The notes under the pieces: model-generated | Told to the model about the DNA's origin: nothing | Databases searched by the model: none | Seen by the model: only the letters and a program-made list of their open reading frames with translations | Shown: positions 24,103 through 29,322 of the stretch, in pieces | Layout: each line of letters opens with the position of its first letter | Numbering within the stretch: position 1 is the stretch's first letter | From: a virus | Taxonomy: Duplodnaviria > Caudoviricetes | IMG/VR virus record: IMGVR_UViG_3300022885_000066 | Span: 1-29,322 of that record | DNA: 29,322 nt | Strand: one strand, 5' to 3' | Program-made: the position numbers and the translations under genes

Positions 24103-24765
24103 TTATTCCCCTAATTTATCTAAACTGCGCCAATCTCGTGACGGCGCACCATGCTCCTCAATGTATCTTATCTCTTTAGCGTAAACAGATCTTAATGCTA
24201 TCAACTCTTCGCACGTTCGCTTTAAAGTAGGATGAGGGCCATCAAGGTAATCTAGCATCTTTTGACCGTATCTTAGCCGTAGCCCCTCTGTGAAGCCGTA
24301 GCTGTGCTTATCTCCTGCTATGTTGCCGGATTTCTCCATATTGCAGAGCTTATTAGCTTGTCCGTGGATATTCCTAAGATCCAAAGCCATTTCAGGATGC
24401 CCGCCAGCAGTCTTATAGTGACCTCCACAGAACTGAACTGCTCCCCTCATCGTACCGCAACAGATACAAGGCTTCTCGTGGTCAATCCGGTTAGCTAATG
24501 CTTGTGCCGTCTTCTTAGTCAAATCAAACTGATACTTATGGTTATGCTTAAGCAAATCTTTAACAGCTTTCTTATTATCCGTTTTAACCCTCTTCTCCGC
24601 CCTCTCCTTGGCTTTAATCCTGTTCTCCCTGTTACGTGCTAGGTTAGCTAACGCAATGGCTTCTTGGCACTCAGGAGAGCACCAGAACTCTTTGACCCAT
24701 ATCTCAGTAACTTTGGGCCGGAAGAATTTACCACAGGCTTTATTGCGGCATTTGCGCTTATTCAC
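24103..24765 (-). CDS. ninG: Recombination protein NinG/Rap (HNH-like endonuclease)
   Basis: CRNKAC...WCSPEC, PCICCG...GGHY...DLRNIHGQ...CN...SGN. Confidence 0.88.
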   Translation of the reverse strand: MNKRKCRNKACGKFFRPKVTEIWVKEFWCSPECQEAIALANLARNRENRIKAKERAEKRVKTDNKKAVKDLLKHNHKYQFDLTKKTAQALANRIDHEKPCICCGTMRGAVQFCGGHYKTAGGHPEMALDLRNIHGQANKLCNMEKSGNIAGDKHSYGFTEGLRLRYGQKMLDYLDGPHPTLKRTCEELIALRSVYAKEIRYIEEHGAPSRDWRSLDKLGE

Positions 24766-25070
24766 GCTCTAAAGCTCGGGTAATTGCGTTGTACGCGCTG
24801 CAAAGTAGCAGCAGGAACAGGCCAGAAAGGGTAAACAGGAGTAATACCACAAGGTTTGAACACTGAATCCGCCTCGCTTGAGTATGCCTTCTCGGTTCGT
24901 GTATAGCGTCTGTATCCACCTTCACCAATAGCTAGTAGATAGCCCTTATCAACCATTTCCTTGGCTATGTGTCGGCCAGTGTTGGGAGATAGATTGCACC
25001 GTTGTGATATCTCCCTGTTTGCCATTGTTAGCTTGGTTGCGTCTAGGTAGTTAATTTGGTTCTGATTCAT
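24762..25070 (-). CDS. Winged-helix DNA-binding protein
   Basis: NREISQRCNLSPNTGRHIAKEMVDKGYL...G.GG...Y. Start moved to the SD-led ATG at 25070. Confidence 0.6.
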   Translation of the reverse strand: MNQNQINYLDATKLTMANREISQRCNLSPNTGRHIAKEMVDKGYLLAIGEGGYRRYTRTEKAYSSEADSVFKPCGITPVYPFWPVPAATLQRVQRNYPSFRA

Positions 25071-26118
25071 TTTCATTCTCCTGCTGTAAAGCTTTGATAT
25101 AGTCATATACTTCTGATTCGCAGTTATTATGCAGCCAATCCATAGGCTCTTGCGGCAACTCTTCAAGCACTTCCCATGCGGCAGAATCGTCACCAGATGC
25201 CAAAGCCTCTGTTACAACTAATAAAATATCTGCAAGTTGGCTGTGACCGTCCTGCTCAAGAGTGCTGACAATTGCTTTGTACTTTGTTTTAGTACCCTTC
25301 TCAAACGAATTATAAAGGCTGGCTTGTATTCCCCCATCAATACTGGTCATAAAACAACGCATGCCCATAGCGTCAGAATTGGTTATCAAATAATCAAAGT
25401 GCTTTTTCTGCTCATTGGTATATTGGCTCATTTCTGGCGATGTTACCAAAGGCTCAAACCCTTCATTGTTATTTGACAGCTCAATTGCTTGCGCCATGCG
25501 ATCTAGCTTTTCAGTCTTAGGCCAAGTTTTAAACGCTTGACGGATAACTGTTTTTAATGCCATCTGGGTATAGTCTGAGATCCACGGCCCCATTTGTTTC
25601 TTGCCAGACTCCGAGCGCATCATAATCGCGTCAGTTTCAGCCTTGCTCATTTCGTTGGTGAGGTAAGCTCCTGTCACAGTCTTGGCAACACAATAGAAAC
25701 CAACTAAAACGCCTCGGTCTTTAAATGCGTTGAAGGTATGGCTAGGCTTATCGTCAACACCATTGTTTGTATAAACGTCTTCAGCGTAGACAGCTTTGGC
25801 CTGAACAAACTCCAAAGTACCTGACTGAATCGCAAGGTCACACATGCCCATGTAAGAAGGATCAAGGCAAATCTTTCCACCTCTAGGCACAAGGTATGCC
25901 TGCTTCTTTGCGGGGTTCAGAGACAGCCCTACAGACGCCACGTTTGACATTGCGTGTAGTAGAGACAAAGGATTATCTCTAGCCACTTTCTCAAGGTAAG
26001 AGTTCGCAGCAAACAATTGCATTGCATAGCTTTGCTCTTGTTCAAACAGCATCCCAACCGGTGCGTTATCAAATTTCGGCTCTGCTTTTTGTAAAAACTC
26101 TACCAATTCATTACTCAT
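25051..26118 (-). CDS. recT: RecT-family single-strand annealing protein
   Basis: GLSLNPAKKQAYLVPR...SYMG...GPW.SDY.QMALKTVIRQAFKTWP. Start MSNELVEF. Confidence 0.9.
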   Translation of the reverse strand: MSNELVEFLQKAEPKFDNAPVGMLFEQEQSYAMQLFAANSYLEKVARDNPLSLLHAMSNVASVGLSLNPAKKQAYLVPRGGKICLDPSYMGMCDLAIQSGTLEFVQAKAVYAEDVYTNNGVDDKPSHTFNAFKDRGVLVGFYCVAKTVTGAYLTNEMSKAETDAIMMRSESGKKQMGPWISDYTQMALKTVIRQAFKTWPKTEKLDRMAQAIELSNNNEGFEPLVTSPEMSQYTNEQKKHFDYLITNSDAMGMRCFMTSIDGGIQASLYNSFEKGTKTKYKAIVSTLEQDGHSQLADILLVVTEALASGDDSAAWEVLEELPQEPMDWLHNNCESEVYDYIKALQQENENESEPN

Positions 26119-26332
26119 CGCCGCGTATACCTCGTGTGAAAAATGCGTGTTCAAGCACTGGGCCAAATAATGACTGGCTCATTAGGTCCTGGCCTTTTAA
26201 CAACTTAGCAGCCTCTTCTTTAGCATAAGCCGCTTGAGCATCTGCTAGGCTCTCTTCTATCTCAGTGTTAATGATAGATTGCGCTGTTCTGTTAGTGTGG
26301 TGCTTGCCTCTAAACTCTATTACGTTGCTCAT
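26111..26332 (-). CDS. Hypothetical protein
   Basis: MSNVIEFRG start, GGAG SD, coupled to neighbours. Confidence 0.6.
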   Translation of the reverse strand: MSNVIEFRGKHHTNRTAQSIINTEIEESLADAQAAYAKEEAAKLLKGQDLMSQSLFGPVLEHAFFTRGIRGDE

Positions 26333-26655
26333 TATGATCGCTCCCAATATGCCGTGTAGTTGTCGCCAGCCAAATCGCCAGCCCTTTCTTTCTTATCCGC
26401 TTGGATATGCTCATCATCTCGCGTTGCATCATCTTGTGCTGAGCTGATTTCTTCAAAGCGGATATCAACGTGTTCACGAATAGCCACACAGATAAGCTCG
26501 CCTATCCGCTCATGCTTGCCGCTCTCGGTTAAGTTATTGTCTTCCATGCGAACAATTAAGCCTCTAACCATTCCCACAAGAGCGTCGCCAGTAATGTTTT
26601 CGTTATCCTGCTTATTCTCTGCAACAAAATCGTATCGCTGTAATAGTGTTCTCAT
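26332..26655 (-). CDS. Hypothetical protein, first gene of leftward arm
   Basis: 107 aa, GGGGA SD. Confidence 0.65.
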   Translation of the reverse strand: MRTLLQRYDFVAENKQDNENITGDALVGMVRGLIVRMEDNNLTESGKHERIGELICVAIREHVDIRFEEISSAQDDATRDDEHIQADKKERAGDLAGDNYTAYWERS

Positions 26656-26685
26656 TGTGAATCCCCGTTAATGAATTGAGTAATT

Positions 26686-26792
26686 ACTTTATATCTTTAG
26701 TATTGGGATAACAAGCCCTAATTCATTTAAAGCGTAATTAAATCACGGGGATTAAAAGTATTGCTTGCGTGATGAAAGATTAAGAGTATAGT
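26686..26792. promoter_or_regulatory. Divergent promoter region
   Basis: Leftward TTGTTA-N17-TAAAGT (26714-26686). Rightward TTGCGT-N16-TATAGT (26765-26792). Confidence 0.65.
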
Positions 26793-26817
26793 CAGGGTTA
26801 ATCAAGGAGCAACATCA

Positions 26818-27024
26818 ATGAGCGATAGCAAGATAAAGAAGTGTATAAAAATGGCGATGATTCGAGGGGATATTAGCAGTCCTGAACTAGCCAAGGCATT
26901 AAACGTATCAGAAGATACGGTAGTTAATTACAGGGCCGGTAAAACGGATAGCATTAAGAAGCTCACTAGGATTGCCACAGCTTGCGGCATGAATTATGAG
27001 GATATGATGAAACTAGCAGACTAA
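26818..27024 (+). CDS. Cro/XRE-like HTH regulator
   Basis: SSPELAKALNVSEDTVVNYRAG...LTRIATACGM. AAGGAG SD. Confidence 0.85.
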   Translation: MSDSKIKKCIKMAMIRGDISSPELAKALNVSEDTVVNYRAGKTDSIKKLTRIATACGMNYEDMMKLAD

Positions 27025-27034
27025 GGGGAAGTTT

Positions 27035-27283
27035 ATGAGAAATGAAAAGATTGTAAAAGTATTTATTGAAGTTGAAGTTGAGGTTAATTGCTGGGTGCAG
27101 CCATTCAGGGCTCAAACATTAAATGAGCCAGAAGAACCTTATGACGTTGTAGTGCAGAGCGTTTTGCTTAGAAGTGAGTGCGGGAAAGTAAAAACATGGA
27201 TTACTAGCTGCGTTGATAAAGATGCTGTAAAGCAGTTGGCTATTGATGAGCTTAATTACGATGACAGGGGCAATGAGCCATGA
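27035..27283 (+). CDS. Hypothetical protein
   Basis: 82 aa, AAGGGG SD. Confidence 0.7.
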   Translation: MRNEKIVKVFIEVEVEVNCWVQPFRAQTLNEPEEPYDVVVQSVLLRSECGKVKTWITSCVDKDAVKQLAIDELNYDDRGNEP

Positions 27284-27498
27284 GCATGTTCTACTGCAAC
27301 AGATGTGATTGTTTAATAGATGGCGATGAAACCGAATCGGTTGATGACTCAGACGGGGATTTAGGTGAGATATGCTGCCTCGAATGCTTGAACGAAGAGG
27401 AAAGGGAAGATGAGCAGTATTTTGAGGAATCAGTTAAAAACGTTAGGCGTGATGCCTTTGTAGACAAAATGGAATCGGAGATTGATGAAGATGAATAA
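27280..27498 (+). CDS. Highly acidic zinc-ribbon protein
   Basis: CxxC...CxxC. About 27 of 72 residues are D/E. Confidence 0.65.
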   Translation: MSMFYCNRCDCLIDGDETESVDDSDGDLGEICCLECLNEEEREDEQYFEESVKNVRRDAFVDKMESEIDEDE

Positions 27499-27793
27499 AT
27501 TACTAGCAGTATTACTATTAACAGCTCTATCAAGCACCGCAAGTGCCGCATGTAGATGGGTATTTGTAGACCATGACTACAACGCAGGTACGCCAGCAAT
27601 AAGAAAGCAGATTTGTGACAGTGTAATTGATGTGCCTGCCATTAGATCACCTGCAATAGCGCCTATCCAAGCTCCACGGATTAGACCTATTAACCCTATT
27701 GGCATAAACCCAATTGGCACTAGTCGCTGTCGTATGGAGTCTGTGTACAACACTAGAACCCGTCAGTGGGAAAACCAGAGAGTTTGCAGATAA
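27491..27793 (+). CDS. Small secreted/periplasmic Cys- and Pro-rich protein
   Basis: Signal peptide MNKLLAVLLLTALSSTASA, 4 Cys and P/I-rich repeats. Confidence 0.75.
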   Translation: MNKLLAVLLLTALSSTASAACRWVFVDHDYNAGTPAIRKQICDSVIDVPAIRSPAIAPIQAPRIRPINPIGINPIGTSRCRMESVYNTRTRQWENQRVCR

Positions 27794-27811
27794 TTAACTA
27801 AGGGGAAGATT

Positions 27812-28000
27812 ATGACATATCAAGACATGATGCTTAGAGACTTAAAGAATGGCAAGACAGTATCACCACTAATGGCGCTAAGGAATTACGGGTGTCTAAG
27901 GCTTGGTGATGTAGCCTTCCAGCTTAGAAAGAAGGGCTATAAGGTAGTTACTACAATGGTTGAGAGGAATGGCAAGCGATACGGGGTGTATTCGCTATAA
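27812..28000 (+). CDS. Small winged-helix protein (HTH_39-like)
   Basis: LKNGKTVSPLMALRNYGCLRL....QLRKKGY.V.T......YSL. Confidence 0.8.
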   Translation: MTYQDMMLRDLKNGKTVSPLMALRNYGCLRLGDVAFQLRKKGYKVVTTMVERNGKRYGVYSL

Positions 28001-28011
28001 ATGACATTGAG

Positions 28012-28248
28012 GTGCAAAAATTTCGCAACATGGTTTTAAAGCAACAAGAGCGCATTGACGCGCAGGAGATTGAGATAGCCCGCCTACTAGCTGTGGAAGT
28101 GGCCGCTAAGGAGATATGCAGAGACGCTTATTGGAAAATCTGTAATTGCGAAGGCCGTACAGATAAGAAAACAGGATTAGCTTCAATTGCCCATAAAGCC
28201 GACTGCCACGTCCTAGTCATTAACCCTATAGGTGATGCCAATGAATGA
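28012..28248 (+). CDS. Hypothetical protein
   Basis: Coiled coil plus CxC..H...C. Ends in INPIGDANE. Start uncertain. Confidence 0.55.
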   Translation: MQKFRNMVLKQQERIDAQEIEIARLLAVEVAAKEICRDAYWKICNCEGRTDKKTGLASIAHKADCHVLVINPIGDANE

Positions 28249-28516
28249 TTGCAAGCATGGAACTACTAAGGGTTTTTGCTCAGTGTGTGACCTCCAGCCC
28301 GAAACAGTAACCATATCGCGCGAGCCGATGAAAGAAGTGCCAAACTACGTTGCTGTAGCAGAGACAGTTAAGGTTCCTAGTAAGCTAAAAGGCCGTTTTG
28401 AGTCTGAGTTGTTTTGGACAGGGGTTTACGCCATGCGCGATGCCCTTATATCTGACGAACTAACAAAGGCGATGGACGCGAGGGTCATTAACCCTATAGG
28501 TGATGCCAATGAATGA
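28241..28516 (+). CDS. Hypothetical protein with N-terminal CxH..CxxC knuckle
   Basis: MNDCKHGTTKGFCSVC. AGGTGA SD. Ends in INPIGDANE. Confidence 0.65.
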   Translation: MNDCKHGTTKGFCSVCDLQPETVTISREPMKEVPNYVAVAETVKVPSKLKGRFESELFWTGVYAMRDALISDELTKAMDARVINPIGDANE

Positions 28517-28568
28517 TTGCAAGCATGGAACAATTAAAGGCTTTTTTGCGAGAAATCTAAAATATTGA
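28509..28568 (+). pseudogene. Truncated duplicate of preceding gene's 5' end
   Basis: MNDCKHGTIKGFFARNLKY*. Apparent frameshift in the T-run where the paralogue reads GFC. Confidence 0.5.
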
Positions 28569-28578
28569 GGAAAATATA

Positions 28579-28785
28579 ATGGGCGCAATAAATATAGTTT
28601 TTGACGGGGCACCAGGACCTGAATCAGGACGCTTCGTTGAAGTAGAGGATGACGCGGGTGTATCTATAAGGATTGGTGAATGGATAGAGCGGAGAGATGG
28701 GTTTTGGGTGCTTAGGATTACCCAGCTTCCTTCCACTCCTGGGGACACCCCCCACATTAACCCTATAGGTGATAAGAATGAGTGA
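28579..28785 (+). CDS. Conserved phage hypothetical protein
   Basis: INIVFDGAPGPESGRFVEVEDD.G.SI.IGEW. GAGG SD. Ends in INPIGDKNE. Confidence 0.75.
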   Translation: MGAINIVFDGAPGPESGRFVEVEDDAGVSIRIGEWIERRDGFWVLRITQLPSTPGDTPHINPIGDKNE

Positions 28786-29134
28786 AGTGAGCGAGATATT
28801 AGCGGAGATTGATGTGCTTCAAACCACGGTTAGCTGGCAGCAGCAAGTATTAGTAAATGCGCTGCTCGATAGAGTCAAAGCCCTGTTGGAGTCTGATGCG
28901 GTCATAGAAATTGATACTGCCAAAGCATCCGAAACCGTGGCCCTCCAAGAGATAGTGGAAAAAGTTTGCGAGGGACTAACCGACACAGATCAAGATGAAG
29001 ACTTTATAAAGCAATCGAAGTCGCAAAGAGCCAAAGAAAGAACAATGCTTTTTTTAAAAAATCAATACCCATCCCTAAATGACGATGAGCTGTCAACCTT
29101 TATAGATGGTGATACTTATGCGGGCCATAAATAA
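28778..29134 (+). CDS. Hypothetical protein
   Basis: ATG after the AGGTGA SD in the junction repeat. Confidence 0.65.
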   Translation: MSEVSEILAEIDVLQTTVSWQQQVLVNALLDRVKALLESDAVIEIDTAKASETVALQEIVEKVCEGLTDTDQDEDFIKQSKSQRAKERTMLFLKNQYPSLNDDELSTFIDGDTYAGHK

Positions 29135-29185
29135 TGATTGATGCTGAAGCCCAGCTAGAAGAAATACTCTGCCCGCTTCAAGATC

Positions 29186-29322
29186 TTATCTGTCTGGAAG
29201 CTCTTGAAGCATCTCTGCCAATGTTGGCTTATCTCTTGCCCCGCTGTCTACGTTTTTCTGCACCTCAAATGCGTAGTTCCATACAGCGTCTCGCCAGTCC
29301 ACAGTTACCTGAGCCTCTACTC
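29186..29322 (-). CDS. 3' end of tail-fibre-associated (assembly/chaperone-like) protein, partial
   Basis: Read by hand: ...VEAQVTVDWRDAVWNYAFEVQKNVDSGARDKPTLAEMLQELPDR*. The EA....WRDAVW...G.R..PT..E...ELP motif is typical of genes following tail fibres. Confidence 0.7.
   Translation of the reverse strand, partial: VEAQVTVDWRDAVWNYAFEVQKNVDSGARDKPTLAEMLQELPDR

Larger units (their letters stand above)
28216..28773 (+). repeat. Gene-junction direct repeats
   Basis: 48-bp perfect repeat at 28216-28263 and 28484-28531. The 19-bp core CATTAACCCTATAGGTGAT recurs at 28755-28773. Confidence 0.92.

Noticed and set aside
28219-28236. T3/SP6-like phage RNA polymerase promoter (ATTAACCCT..TATAG)
   Set aside because: Lacks the CACTA core and spacing, no single-subunit RNAP is in the window, and SD/start function explains the motif.
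28216-28773. CRISPR array interpretation of the direct repeats
   Set aside because: Intervals are ~270 bp and protein-coding, only three copies are present, and no cas genes are visible.
29172-29181. CCCGCTTCAA match to the replication-leader hairpin (23832-23841) as a trans antisense element
   Set aside because: A single 10-mer match can arise by chance in 29 kb, and there is no further support.
29134-29322. + strand open frame MIDAEAQLEE...
   Set aside because: Overlaps a - strand gene with a recognisable motif and has no clear SD. Not fully excluded because of the TAATG coupling.
1-29322. tRNA genes, diversity-generating retroelement or stop-codon recoding
   Set aside because: No cloverleaf, reverse transcriptase or TR/VR pair was seen, and the genes are intact under the standard code.

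Overview
This window is most of the genome of a P22-like podophage. The host is probably a Gram-negative proteobacterium, but that cannot be determined from the sequence. A long leftward (- strand) arm runs from a divergent promoter region (~26.7 kb) through RecT, NinG, a replication initiator with iterons, SSB and DUF1367. It continues through a non-canonical lysis cassette (holin-like, DUF5675, PLA2-like, lipoprotein), TerS/TerL, portal, scaffold, coat, gp4, gp10 and four ejection-type proteins to a tail fibre/spike that runs off the left edge. A short rightward arm of small accessory genes is joined by repeated linker sequences. It meets the 3' end of a tail-associated gene at the right edge, so the genome looks circularly permuted. 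No integrase or CI-type repressor is visible. The most notable element lies between portal and scaffold: a polymorphic-toxin-like cargo gene (pre-toxin TG-like domain, ParB/Srx-like module, ART-PolyVal-like ADP-ribosyltransferase). Its modules are delimited by RSTLR(D/N) repeats, and it faces an unannotated convergent 53-aa acidic ORF that may be an immunity gene. Other unannotated elements are a Lys-rich micro-protein sharing the scaffold's C-terminal ATFE, a structured replication-gene leader with a LysR-type box, a candidate anti-SD sRNA, and two classes of gene-junction linkers. All family calls come from motif recognition and synteny; no database searches were run.
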